A stretch of DNA of 56,250 nt from Planctomycetota bacterium (GCA_039030755.1 JBCCDN010000001.1:1-56250); one strand, 5' to 3'; shown: positions 8,907 through 18,282, numbered from the stretch's first letter. The notes: generated from the letters alone by a model not told the origin. Program-made: numbers and translations.

Positions 8907-10637
8907 ATGCGATATCTAACAGTTTCCGGCTTGGGTTTGGGTATCGGCCGTCTCGCCACAGCGTTTGCCTGTTCAACCGGCATATCGGTTTCGACGCAAG
9001 CTTTCATGATCCAGGAGCTCGCGCGGTCTGGCCTTGCCGCACCGGAGGTTCCGGCCGAGCGGGTCTACAGCCGACTCTTTACGGCCCCGGCTGTGAACGA
9101 CCAAGGCGAGGTCGCATTCATCAACCAGTTGGAGCTGATCGGTGGGCCTTCGAGCCAGAATGAAGAAGCGCTCTTTGGCCCCGCTCCTGGAAGTAGGTCG
9201 ACTCTGGCACTGATTGCAAAGGCGGGCGATCCGGTAGCGGGGCAGCCGGACGGCGCCGTGCTCGATCAGATCTCAACCCACGCCTTGAACAGCGCCGGAC
9301 AGTCCAGCTTCAACGCATTACTCCGTAAGCCGGATGGTTCGTCGAACCGGGACGACAACCAAGCCATCTTCGGCCCTTCCGTGAGCGGCGAGCCACGCTT
9401 GGTTGCCCGGGAGGGCGGCGTGGTGCCCGGGCGCAGCGACGGGCGGCTGTTCAGTGAGTTGAGCCTTGCACAGATGGACGACGCCGGCCGATTGCTGTTT
9501 GAGAGTTCACTCCAGACCGAAGCCGGCGGTCCAATCGACCGTTCATTCATCGATAACATTTTCGCTTCTTTGCCCACCGATGACGAGCCCAAACGCGTCG
9601 TCGGCCCGTTCGATCCGGCCTTCGCGGTTGACGAAAGTTTGCAGTACACCTTTCTCACCCGTCCCACGTTGAACAACGCAGGCGTACTGACGTTCAGTAC
9701 GAGCGTAACGACGATCGAAGAAGAGATGATCATTCAGATCGATCCGGATGGTCGTCACGAAGTTCTTGCACGGACGAGTCAAGTTCCTCCGGGGCTGCTC
9801 GAAGACGGAGCGCGTTTCTATGACCTGGGACCTTTCGTAAACACGCCGGCCGGTGATCTAGCGTTCTTCGGGTCCTTATTGGAGCCGGACGGCAGCATCA
9901 ACGATTTCAACGTGCCGCTGCTCTTTGGTCCGGGCAACGGCTCAGGGTCAGCGCTTCAAGTCATCGCCCGCCAAGGCATGCCTGCACCCGGTGCCGAAGA
10001 CGGAGCGTTGTATTTCTCCGTCGATGAATCGTCACTGGTGATGAGCGATTCGGGATTCTTGGCTTTTCAGGCCGGGCTTCTCAATGCGGATGGAACTTCC
10101 GATCGTGCAACGGCGGGGGCGCTGTTCGGCGCGGCCGCGAACGAGGAGACACCGGTTCGCCTCCTTGCCCGGGCGGGGCAGCCGGCACCGGGCGCGAACG
10201 ACGGCGCGGTCTTCGACCGGTTTGCCGATCCGCTGATCAACGATCACGGCGCCGTTGCGTTCATCGCGGAATTACGAAACGCCGACGGCAGCATCATCGA
10301 CATCCGCGGTAAGAAAGCGCTCTACCTCGCGATCGAGGGCGACCTGCATCTCGTCGCGCGAGCTGGACAGTTGTTCGAGGCCGTCGCGATCGACGGAACC
10401 CTGCGGTCCGGCACGGTGAGTGGCATCGGCTTTTCCGCCGACAGCCGGGAGAGTATTTTCGGCTCCGTCGGGGCGCAGCGTGAGTACGGCCTGAGTAATC
10501 ATTACCTGGCGTTTAGCATCTATTTCACAGACGGCACTTCCGGCGTCTATCGGCTGGCGATCCCCGAACCTTCGCTGTTCGGTGGACTCGCAGTCGTTCT
10601 AGGGGTCTCGATAAGACGGCACGCTCCACGTCGGTGA
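8907..10637 (+). CDS. NxxGxxAF tandem-repeat protein with a C-terminal PEP-CTERM sorting signal
   Basis: GGAGAG lies upstream of ATG 8907. Repeats: NDQGEVAF, NSAGQSSF, NNAGVLTF, SDSGFLAF, NDHGAVAF. The C-terminus is IPEPSLFGGLAVVLGVSIRRHAPRR, that is PEP, a TM helix and an Arg cluster. Confidence 0.75.
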   Translation: MRYLTVSGLGLGIGRLATAFACSTGISVSTQAFMIQELARSGLAAPEVPAERVYSRLFTAPAVNDQGEVAFINQLELIGGPSSQNEEALFGPAPGSRSTLALIAKAGDPVAGQPDGAVLDQISTHALNSAGQSSFNALLRKPDGSSNRDDNQAIFGPSVSGEPRLVAREGGVVPGRSDGRLFSELSLAQMDDAGRLLFESSLQTEAGGPIDRSFIDNIFASLPTDDEPKRVVGPFDPAFAVDESLQYTFLTRPTLNNAGVLTFSTSVTTIEEEMIIQIDPDGRHEVLARTSQVPPGLLEDGARFYDLGPFVNTPAGDLAFFGSLLEPDGSINDFNVPLLFGPGNGSGSALQVIARQGMPAPGAEDGALYFSVDESSLVMSDSGFLAFQAGLLNADGTSDRATAGALFGAAANEETPVRLLARAGQPAPGANDGAVFDRFADPLINDHGAVAFIAELRNADGSIIDIRGKKALYLAIEGDLHLVARAGQLFEAVAIDGTLRSGTVSGIGFSADSRESIFGSVGAQREYGLSNHYLAFSIYFTDGTSGVYRLAIPEPSLFGGLAVVLGVSIRRHAPRR

Positions 10638-10664
10638 GCCTAACGGCCCGCCTGGAAGTCAACC

Positions 10665-11657
10665 ATGCCGCCGAAATTGGCCGATAATTTTGGCATGACG
10701 CCGAAATCACTCCTGCTCACCATCGGTCTGGCCTGCGTCCTCGCCGCCGTCAGCGTCCCGCTCGTTCTCGGGCTCGCCGACGCCGAGCCGGATATTCAGT
10801 TCACCGAGCTGTACCCGTTCGAGTCCAACGGCAAGTGGGGCTACTTCGACCGCACCGGTCGTGAAGTCGTCGCGCCGCGTTTCGATCACGCCGATTATTT
10901 TTACGGCCTCGGCCTCGTCGAACTCGGCGGGATGGCCGGCTACATCGACGCCGACGGACACTTCGTGATCAAGCCGACCTACGCGCTCGACCCCAACGAA
11001 CCCAACGACGTCGCCGCCCGCCCGTTCTGGGAAGGCCTCGCCGCGGTTCGGGTCAACGGTGCCTGGGGTTTTATCAATCACCGGGGCGACTGGCAGATCG
11101 TGCCCAAGTTCATCGGCCACGACGGCTTTGACACGGTTGGCGACTTTTCCGATGGCCTCGCATGGTTCCGTGACACCGTCAGCGGCCAGGACGGAACTTA
11201 CGACGCCTACGGCTTCATCGACGCGACCGGCAAGATCGCGCTCAACCCGAAATGGCTCGCGGTCAACGACTTCGGCGAAGGCCTTGCCGGGGCCGTGCAC
11301 AAAGGCTATTGGGGTTTCATCGACCGAGCCGGTGAGTTCGCGATCCGCCCCAAGTTCGACGGTGTCGGGGTGTTCCACGAAGGGCTTGCCCCCGCGAAGA
11401 AGGACAACCTCTGGGGCTATGTCAACCGCCGGGGGAATTGGCACATGGACCCGACGTTCGTCGAAGCCGGCAATTTTCTGGATGGTGTCGCACCCGTGAA
11501 AACCGAGGACGGCTGGGGCTATCTGGACCGATACGGCGAGTGGATCATCCCGCCTCGCTTCGACCGAGCGTTCGCCTTCGAGAATGGCTTGGCCCGCGTC
11601 GTGGTCGACGGTAAGACCGTGTACATCGATCGCAATGGCGACCCGTTTTTTCCCTAA
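10665..11657 (+). CDS. WG-repeat (KWG-type) protein with an N-terminal signal or anchor
   Basis: At least six repeats of the WGY/F-hD-x-x-G-x-hhhP-x-F type (WGYFDRTGREVVAPRF, WGFINHRGDWQIVPKF, WGFIDRAGEFAIRPKF, WGYVNRRGNWHMDPTF, WGYLDRYGEWIIPPRF). The start may instead be ATG 10695. Confidence 0.75.
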   Translation: MPPKLADNFGMTPKSLLLTIGLACVLAAVSVPLVLGLADAEPDIQFTELYPFESNGKWGYFDRTGREVVAPRFDHADYFYGLGLVELGGMAGYIDADGHFVIKPTYALDPNEPNDVAARPFWEGLAAVRVNGAWGFINHRGDWQIVPKFIGHDGFDTVGDFSDGLAWFRDTVSGQDGTYDAYGFIDATGKIALNPKWLAVNDFGEGLAGAVHKGYWGFIDRAGEFAIRPKFDGVGVFHEGLAPAKKDNLWGYVNRRGNWHMDPTFVEAGNFLDGVAPVKTEDGWGYLDRYGEWIIPPRFDRAFAFENGLARVVVDGKTVYIDRNGDPFFP

Positions 11658-11661
11658 ACCA

Positions 11662-11877
11662 TCAGGCCGCCGCGCGCGGCTGCATCCTCTTCAACACCAC
11701 TCGCTCACGGAACGTCTCGATCACGTGCGCGACCTGCCCTTCGCTCAGCTCCAGCACGGCAGCGATCTCCGTTACGCTCAGTTCATCCGCAAAGTAAAGC
11801 AGCACGATCAAACGATCTGCCCGAGGCAGGGTCTCCACCAACCTCCGCACCCGTTCCGCCACGTCGTTCTTGGCCAT
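11662..11877 (-). CDS. Stand-alone sigma-70 region-4-like helix-turn-helix mini-protein (71 aa)
   Basis: LPRADRLIVLLYFADELSVTEIAAVLELSEGQVAHVIETFRERV matches the region 4.2 pattern of FliA/ECF sigma factors (L..r.r.vl.L.y.eels..EIA.vl.vs.g.V). No region 2 is present in this ORF or upstream of it. Confidence 0.6.
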   Translation of the reverse strand: MAKNDVAERVRRLVETLPRADRLIVLLYFADELSVTEIAAVLELSEGQVAHVIETFRERVVLKRMQPRAAA

Positions 11878-11993
11878 GCTGTGCGACTCCTGTCCGTGAA
11901 TTCATTATGTCGGCAGCCGCGGCACAATCGCCGAGACTTTGATTCATCGACCGCGCAACTTCTGCGCCATGAACAAATCAGCGGTCGAAAGCA

Positions 11994-12027
11994 ACAAAAA
12001 AAGCCCACGCGGCTTAGGCGTGGGCTT
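11994..12027 (-). terminator. Rho-independent terminator downstream of fldA
   Basis: On the minus strand, an 8-10 bp GC-rich stem (AAGCCCACGC / GCGTGGGCTT, 7-nt loop) is followed immediately by seven T. It starts 24 nt after the fldA stop. Confidence 0.8.
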
Positions 12028-12050
12028 CGTCGTCAGCACGAATGCGAGCC

Positions 12051-12578
12051 TCAAGCCCCCGCGGTTTCGAGGTCCAATTCCTTCTTCACCTGAACCACCC
12101 AGTCCTTGATCCGTTGTTCGGTCAGCTCGGGCTGGCAGTCGTCGTCCAGGCATAGCCCGCAGAACTTGCCATCGATGATGCCCTTGGATTCCGTAAAGTC
12201 ATAGGTGTCGGTCTCGGTGAAACCGATCTTGCCCTCAGCCCCGCGTTCCTGCATTTTCAGGTAGACCATCCCAATCGCGTCTTGGAACGTATCGGGATAG
12301 CCGCCCTGGTCGCCCATGCCGAAGAAGGCCATCTTCGTGCCGCCTAGGTCGTGCTCGTCGAGGGCGTCGAACACGTCTTGCCAGTCGTATTGAATCTCGC
12401 CCACGTCCCACGTCGGGATCCCGCAGAGCACGAAGTCGTACTCGGCCAGGACTTCCGGGCCGTGCTGAGCGATGTCGTCGTAAAGATCAAAAAAATCGTC
12501 ACCAAATTCGTCGCGGATCATCTCGGCGGCGGCTTCGGTTTTGCCGGTGCAGGTGCCATAGAGCAAGGCGGCCTTCAT
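12051..12578 (-). CDS. fldA: Long-chain flavodoxin
   Basis: The FMN-binding loop YGTCTGKTE is at the N-terminus. Also WDVGE, FGMGDQGGYPDTFQDA, and a 175-aa length typical of FldA. Confidence 0.85.
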   Translation of the reverse strand: MKAALLYGTCTGKTEAAAEMIRDEFGDDFFDLYDDIAQHGPEVLAEYDFVLCGIPTWDVGEIQYDWQDVFDALDEHDLGGTKMAFFGMGDQGGYPDTFQDAIGMVYLKMQERGAEGKIGFTETDTYDFTESKGIIDGKFCGLCLDDDCQPELTEQRIKDWVVQVKKELDLETAGA

Positions 12579-12705
12579 AAATTCGTCCTTCGAAAAAGGG
12601 CGGGCACGCGTGGCCCGCGGGTTCTAGATTTTCACAGTTTAGTCACCCCATCCGGCGTTGTGTAGCCGACGGCGATCGCCATGCATCTTCAGCTAGCGAA
12701 GGTGC

Positions 12706-13488
12706 CTAACTGCTCGCGCTTGTATACGACCGCAAGGCAAATCGCCAGAACCACCGGCACCCCACCAACAGCCCGATTGCCACCGCCCCTGCCGCCGCGA
12801 CCCAGCCCCAGCCGTACCGTCCGGTCATCACCCCCGCCGGCACCGTCGTCATGAACGCCACCGGGATCACGAACGTTAGCGCGACCCGGTACGCCGCCGC
12901 GTACGCCGGCACCGGATACCTCCCCGCCTCCAGCAAGCTCTGCATCGCGATCGTGATGTTCTCCGCTTTGGTCACCCAGATCGTCAGCGTCGCCAACGCG
13001 TAGCCCAGCGCGTAAAGAATCCCGATCGCCAACACCATCGGGATCACACCCGCCAAAAACTGCCCCGGCGACAAACCGAGCTGAACCCCCGCGTAGACCA
13101 CCAGCCCCAAACCCAGCAGCACGTCCGGCATCCCCCACACCGATAGCTTGCGAACGCTGAGCCAGAACTGCGTGTCCATCGGCTTGAGCAACACGAAGTC
13201 CAGCGTACCTTCGCGTACCAACTGCGAGATCGCCTGCCGGTTCGGCGACAGCACCGCCCGCTGCAACCCGTCCAGCAGCGTGTACACCGCCACCACCAGC
13301 ATCGCTTCGTTCCACGACCACCCGCCCATCTCGTAGCCGTGCTGATACAGCACCGCGAGCGTGCCTAGTGCTCCCGCCAATGTCGCGGCCGACGAAATCC
13401 CCGCCATCACAAAGTTGATCCGGTACTCCGCTTCGGTCGCGATCGCCGCCGACCAAAACCGCGCGAGTGTTGTCAGGTAGCGCGCCAT
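12706..13488 (-). CDS. ABC-2 family transporter permease (DUF990-like)
   Basis: ATG 13488 lies 2 nt after the stop of the upstream permease. Six predicted TM helices. It is the third gene after the ATPase and its paralogous permease. Confidence 0.7.
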   Translation of the reverse strand: MARYLTTLARFWSAAIATEAEYRINFVMAGISSAATLAGALGTLAVLYQHGYEMGGWSWNEAMLVVAVYTLLDGLQRAVLSPNRQAISQLVREGTLDFVLLKPMDTQFWLSVRKLSVWGMPDVLLGLGLVVYAGVQLGLSPGQFLAGVIPMVLAIGILYALGYALATLTIWVTKAENITIAMQSLLEAGRYPVPAYAAAYRVALTFVIPVAFMTTVPAGVMTGRYGWGWVAAAGAVAIGLLVGCRWFWRFALRSYTSASS

Positions 13489-13490
13489 GT

Positions 13491-14336
13491 TCAGGCCCCC
13501 ATCGCCGAGTAGTGCGCCAGCCCGCGCCGCCACACGAGCCGGTTTGTGACCAGAAGAACCACAAACCATCCGCCAATCGTCAACAGCCCGCGGGTCAGCT
13601 CAACGTCACCATCCACCAGCAGCTTCGCCGGAAACCACACCAGATACGGAAATGGCGTCCACAGTAATACGTTGCTGACTTCTGCGGGAAGCACCTCCAA
13701 CGGGAACAGCATCCCCGACAAAAACAGATAAGGGAGGTACGTCAACTGCTCAAACCCGCCCACCCGTTCAACCCAAAATGAAAGCATCGCCACCGTGTAT
13801 TGAAGCAAAAAACGAAGCACAAACGCCGCGTACGTGAGCAGCACAAACCCCACGATCTGCCCCGCCCCCGGGAGCCACCACCCCCCCTCCGCGTCTTGGA
13901 GCGCGGCGGGATAAATCGCCACCGCGATCGCCACCACGCCTACGAAAAACGGCAGCCGCACGACCTGCTCGCCCAAGTGACTAAACACAAATTGCCACCC
14001 CGGGTCCACCGGGTGCAAGAGCAGCGGCGACAGCTTGCCGGACACCACGTGATACTCGAAGTCGTACGCGACCCAGACCACCGTCAACTGCCGGATCACG
14101 AACACCGCCAGGAAATACCGCGCGACGGACGCCGACGTGATGTCAGGAAACAAACCCGACGCCCCAGCCTCGATCCACACGCCCATCATGATGAGCGGCA
14201 GCATCGTCGCGACCATCCATAGCACGATCTCAAAGCGGTACGCCGCCATATACGCCGACCACATCGACAGCATCGACCCCCCAACCCGGAGGCGGTGACG
14301 CGGGCTGCCGAATCTCGGCGTGAACAACGGGTTCAT
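13491..14336 (-). CDS. ABC-2 family transporter permease (DUF990-like)
   Basis: The start overlaps the ATPase stop (ATGA at 14333-14336). Polytopic membrane protein, paralogous in layout to the downstream permease. Confidence 0.7.
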   Translation of the reverse strand: MNPLFTPRFGSPRHRLRVGGSMLSMWSAYMAAYRFEIVLWMVATMLPLIMMGVWIEAGASGLFPDITSASVARYFLAVFVIRQLTVVWVAYDFEYHVVSGKLSPLLLHPVDPGWQFVFSHLGEQVVRLPFFVGVVAIAVAIYPAALQDAEGGWWLPGAGQIVGFVLLTYAAFVLRFLLQYTVAMLSFWVERVGGFEQLTYLPYLFLSGMLFPLEVLPAEVSNVLLWTPFPYLVWFPAKLLVDGDVELTRGLLTIGGWFVVLLVTNRLVWRRGLAHYSAMGA

Positions 14337-15427
14337 CGATCTGCCTCCGTACCATCAGCGCTGGGAGCAGACTCTCGGGTTGGGGCGGACGCGAACAATC
14401 GGCCGATCACTTCCTCGATCGGCGGATCGCCCACGGTCAGGTCCGCGATCGGCAACTCCGACAGCGCCCGGCGGACCGTGTCCCGCAACGCGTCGCGTGT
14501 CACCAACAAACGGACGGTTTGCCCGTCGTGTTGTTCGATCTCGCCAAATCTTTCAAGCGTTGCCTCATCCACGCGATCCGCCGCGTTCGCTTGCAAATCC
14601 AGCGTCAGTTCCCGGTACGGCGCGAACCGTTCGATCACGCCCGAAAGCGTCCCGTCGTACAGCACCGTTCCCTGATGGATCACGATCACCCGCTCGCACA
14701 ACGCGGTCACATCCGCCATGTAGTGCGTCGTCAACAAAATGCTCGCGCCGTGCTCGGCGTTGTATTGCTTGAGAAACGCACGCACGGCCGTCTGCGCGTT
14801 GACGTCCAGACCCAGCGTCGGCTCATCTAAGAACAGCACCTTCGGGTGGTGCAACAACGCCGCGATCAGCTCCGCCTTCATCCGCTGACCCAAGGACAGC
14901 TTCCGCACCGGCTGCGTCAACTCTTTGTCCAATTCCAGCATCGCCGCGAACATGCGGACCCGCCGATCCGCTTCGTCGTCGGCGATGCCGTAGACCGCCG
15001 CGTTGACGCGCAGCGAATCCATCGCCGGCAGATCCCAGATCAACTGCTGCTTGTTGCCCATCACCAGCGTGAGTCGTCTTAGCAACTCCGGGTGCCGATC
15101 GAAGGGCGTGTAGCCCAGCACTTCCGCTTGCCCGGCGGTCGGCTTGATCAAGCCGGTCAGCATTTTGATCGCCGTGGTTTTGCCGGCACCGTTGGGCCCA
15201 AGAAAACCGACGATCTCGCCGGGCGCGATCTCAAAATCCACGCCCCTCACCGCTTCGATCGAGCGGAAGCGTCGCTTCACAAAATGCCGAAGCGTGCCGA
15301 GCATGCCCGGCTCTTTGTCGGCCACGCGGTATTGCTTGGTCAAACCGACCGCGCGGACGGTGGGCGGTTCACGATGATCAACCTTCCCGTGCGGCATCGG
15401 CGGAGTGTAAGCCCCGGCTTCCACCAA
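14333..15427 (-). CDS. ABC transporter ATP-binding protein
   Basis: Walker A (GPNGAGKTT), Q-loop, signature (LSLGQRM), Walker B (VLFLDEPTLGLD) and H-loop (TTHYM). A roughly 100-aa C-terminal extension is present. The start may be ATG 15397. Confidence 0.9.
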   Translation of the reverse strand: MVEAGAYTPPMPHGKVDHREPPTVRAVGLTKQYRVADKEPGMLGTLRHFVKRRFRSIEAVRGVDFEIAPGEIVGFLGPNGAGKTTAIKMLTGLIKPTAGQAEVLGYTPFDRHPELLRRLTLVMGNKQQLIWDLPAMDSLRVNAAVYGIADDEADRRVRMFAAMLELDKELTQPVRKLSLGQRMKAELIAALLHHPKVLFLDEPTLGLDVNAQTAVRAFLKQYNAEHGASILLTTHYMADVTALCERVIVIHQGTVLYDGTLSGVIERFAPYRELTLDLQANAADRVDEATLERFGEIEQHDGQTVRLLVTRDALRDTVRRALSELPIADLTVGDPPIEEVIGRLFASAPTRESAPSADGTEADR

Positions 15428-15461
15428 ACCTCCAAGAGTTGGGAACGGCTAAGCTCAACCC

Positions 15462-16601
15462 ATGCAAAAACAATCCCTTGAGGCTTGGTTGGGGGTGTTG
15501 GTCATTCTGCTCGGCAGCGCTTCCGCTTCGTGGCAGGTCAACGCCCAAGACCCCACCGGCCTCCTCGAAACGGCGACGCGTAGCGACACCTCGGTCGAGG
15601 ATCCGGAATCTCCGCCAGAAGGTTCCGCCGATCCGGATTCCCCCGCGGACACCGTCTCCGATACCGACGAGTTCGCGTTTGCACCCAGCGCTGACATCGA
15701 CCTTGCCGAGGATTTGGCCGCCCTTAATTTCGCGAAGCTCGCCACCGACATCTGGAATTTTCAGATCTTCGCGGTCAACGGCGAAGCGATCACCGTCGGC
15801 AAACTCGTTATCGCCTTGCTCGTCCTGCTCATCGGCCTGTGGGTCGCCAAGCGGATCTCGCGCGTCTTCCGGCTTCGGTTAGGCAGACTCAAACGTATCG
15901 ACCTCAACGCGGCCGCCGTCCTGTCGCGCTTGCTGTATTACTTGCTGGCGTTGCTGGTCGCCTTCGTCGCGATGGACCTGGCGGGCATCCCGCTAACGGT
16001 CTTTACCGTGCTGGGCGGTGCGATCGCCATCGGCATCGGCTTCGGCGTTCAGAACCTGTTCAACAACTTGATCTCGTCGCTGATCCTGATGGTCGAACGG
16101 CCGATCCGGTTGGGTGACATCGTCGTCGTCGATGAACACGAAGGCAAGATCGAAGACATCGGCAACCGCTGTACTCGGCTGCGGCGCAGCGACGGCGTCG
16201 ACATCCTGATTCCCAACTCGTACTTCCTTGAGCAGGCGGTGATTAACTGGACACTGTTGGACAACGACGTCCGCGGCAAGGTCGCCGTCGGCGTGGCCTA
16301 CGGCAGCGACACTGCGATGACCCGTGACCTGATCCTCAAAGCCACGCACGAACATGGCCGAATCAAAGACAGCCCCGAAGCCGTCGTCCTGTTCCAGGAA
16401 TTCGGCGACAACAGCCTGAACTTCGAAGTCTGGTTCTGGGTCACCATCCGCCGGCCGCTCGAGCTTCGGCAGATCGAAAGCGACCTGCGGTTCCGGATCG
16501 ACGGGCTGTTCCGTGAGGCGGGCATCGAGATCGCCTTCCCGCAGCGTGATGTGCATCTGGACGTCGTGAATCCCGTGAAGATTCAGCAGATCGCCGAATA
16601 A
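15462..16601 (+). CDS. Mechanosensitive ion channel (MscS family) with signal peptide and acidic N-terminal region
   Basis: The conserved MscS core is present (GGAIAIGIGFGVQNLFNNLISSLILMVERPIRLGDIVVVD...GKIEDIGNRCTRLRRSDGVDILIPNS), followed by the C-terminal alpha/beta domain. Confidence 0.85.
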   Translation: MQKQSLEAWLGVLVILLGSASASWQVNAQDPTGLLETATRSDTSVEDPESPPEGSADPDSPADTVSDTDEFAFAPSADIDLAEDLAALNFAKLATDIWNFQIFAVNGEAITVGKLVIALLVLLIGLWVAKRISRVFRLRLGRLKRIDLNAAAVLSRLLYYLLALLVAFVAMDLAGIPLTVFTVLGGAIAIGIGFGVQNLFNNLISSLILMVERPIRLGDIVVVDEHEGKIEDIGNRCTRLRRSDGVDILIPNSYFLEQAVINWTLLDNDVRGKVAVGVAYGSDTAMTRDLILKATHEHGRIKDSPEAVVLFQEFGDNSLNFEVWFWVTIRRPLELRQIESDLRFRIDGLFREAGIEIAFPQRDVHLDVVNPVKIQQIAE

Positions 16602-16845
16602 CCCGTCGCTTCGTAATCCATGCACGCGACCCGAGGAAGGTGAGCGTCGTTTCCACTGAACGCTGCGGTGGTTCTGCTTTACGTCACTTTATTCTCGCTG
16701 CACGGCCGTCCCACTCGCTTCACCAATCCTTGACGCCTCTATAGTTCCGCCAGATAGTAGATCTAAGTCCGGGGGACGCCCTGCCGAATCAACTGCGCAT
16801 AATCATTTTTAGAGGCTAGAAAAAATCCGAGCTATTCAGGTCATC

Positions 16846-17109
16846 TTGATCATCATCGCTCTGATTGCCGCAAGCCGACTGATTGCTGTCCCCAACTCAC
16901 GGAACGGCAGCGCTACAGACGGCAAGATCGACAACGGCCAGTATTACCTCAAGCGTGGGCATGTGAACTATATTGCTGTATCCCAAGATGAATTCGAACA
17001 TGTTAAATATCGCGAGAATTGGAATCGTGTTGCCCTAGGAGGGCTGTTAGCTTCGATTGTCACTGCTGGTGTGATTCAAAAGTTCCGCTATCCCCAGCAA
17101 CGCCTCTAA
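16846..17109 (+). CDS. Hypothetical small membrane protein in the low-GC islet
   Basis: ORF with a TTG start and two hydrophobic segments (IIIALIAASRLIAV, LGGLLASIVTAGVI). No recognisable family. The start is unsupported by a clear RBS. Confidence 0.3.
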   Translation: MIIIALIAASRLIAVPNSRNGSATDGKIDNGQYYLKRGHVNYIAVSQDEFEHVKYRENWNRVALGGLLASIVTAGVIQKFRYPQQRL

Positions 17110-17217
17110 GCCACCGGTGAGGTTGACGAGTGACGCTCAGGAGGAGTGATCCCATCGAATCGTCCGTTTTCCCCTGCGGGCGGCTCGCAACTGAGCGGGA
17201 AAACGTTAGGTCCCCCC

Positions 17218-17535
17218 ATGTTCGACGATGTAAACAAACACCGATCGCTGATGCTCTTACTTGTTCGTCTGCTTGGTATTTTCTTCTTTGTTGACGGCGT
17301 CATTGGGCTTCTTGGCAATGGCATCGCGTTAGTGCAAAACTATCGTGTTTCGCAAGCGTTTTATCAACCTTTCGAGGATGGCTATGGCTTGGTGGATGGC
17401 CATGCCGTAGGCTGGACAATTGGGTCGGCTTTTGCATTGGTCGCAGGTCTCCTGCTGATCTTTAAGAGTGACGTCGCAATGGAAGCTATCTACCACGAAA
17501 AACTAGACCAAGCCGAACCTCGAGAAGGCACCTAA
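17218..17535 (+). CDS. Hypothetical small membrane protein in the low-GC islet
   Basis: The ATG at 17218 is followed by two clear TM helices (LMLLLVRLLGIFFFVDGVIGLLG, WTIGSAFALVAGLLLIF). The ORF is open from GTG 17146. No recognisable family. Confidence 0.4.
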   Translation: MFDDVNKHRSLMLLLVRLLGIFFFVDGVIGLLGNGIALVQNYRVSQAFYQPFEDGYGLVDGHAVGWTIGSAFALVAGLLLIFKSDVAMEAIYHEKLDQAEPREGT

Positions 17536-17706
17536 TCACCGACTGCCGTTGACCGGCGACGCCCGCGATCGATCTTGTTGTGTCGGTTGAACGCACTAGG
17601 TTCTACATATCTCGGTCTCCGGTGGCGTGTGCTTGCTTGACGTTTAGGCAACCCCAATTTACTCACCCGCGACGTTGGACCACCAACCACAAGGTATAAG
17701 GCTCTG

Positions 17707-18282
17707 ATGTCCGGCGAGGCCTTCCATCGGTGGATCGAGCGGTATCGGGCTTACCCCGTACACCTCGGGATTCGGGTGGCGGGGGTGGTGGCGGTGGTCA
17801 GCGGGTTGATCGGGGGGTGGGTGTGGGGGCACGCCATCGGAAGTCGTGAGGTGATCGGAGGTCAAGAGATTTTTCGGTGGGGATATGGTCACAGCCCGTG
17901 GATGCAGTTTCCGCCGTTCCACGAGGGGTTTTTGGATCTTTCGATGGTGCTGTTGTTCTGGAGTGCGGCGGCGACGGGGCTGGGCGGATTGCTGCTACTG
18001 ATTCCGTGGAAGGGGGCCGTGCCGTTGGTGACGTGGCCGGCGCGGGTGGCGATTGTGCTGCATGTCGTGACGGCGTTTTTCGTCGTCGCCGTCGTGTGGC
18101 TGGTGATGCCGATCCATCAATGGGAGCAGTGGTACGCGGACGGCTGGACGACGGCGCTGGGGCTGCGGGCGATCGCGGTGGCGGTCGATTTTGCGTTGTG
18201 GGGTTATTTGAGCAGCGCGGCCGTGCGTGCGTATTTCGACGCCGGGCGTGAACGTCTCAAACGAAGTGGCCTTGGATCATGA
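17707..18282 (+). CDS. Hypothetical polytopic membrane protein
   Basis: 191-aa ORF with four to five hydrophobic helices, a host-like GC content and a Trp-rich composition. No family recognised. Confidence 0.5.
   Translation: MSGEAFHRWIERYRAYPVHLGIRVAGVVAVVSGLIGGWVWGHAIGSREVIGGQEIFRWGYGHSPWMQFPPFHEGFLDLSMVLLFWSAAATGLGGLLLLIPWKGAVPLVTWPARVAIVLHVVTAFFVVAVVWLVMPIHQWEQWYADGWTTALGLRAIAVAVDFALWGYLSSAAVRAYFDAGRERLKRSGLGS

Noticed and set aside
12579-12705. Near-palindrome GGGCACGCGTGGCCC in the spacer between the ABC permease stop and the fldA start
   Set aside because: The palindrome is imperfect, with one extra base, and short. It could equally be a weak terminator stem or chance in GC-rich DNA, and is not strong enough to call as a feature.
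16765-16773. AAGTCCGGG resembling part of the RNase P RNA CR-I box
   Set aside because: The match is only 9 nt. The surrounding sequence lacks the rest of the conserved GAGGAAAGUCCGGGC context and the other conserved regions.
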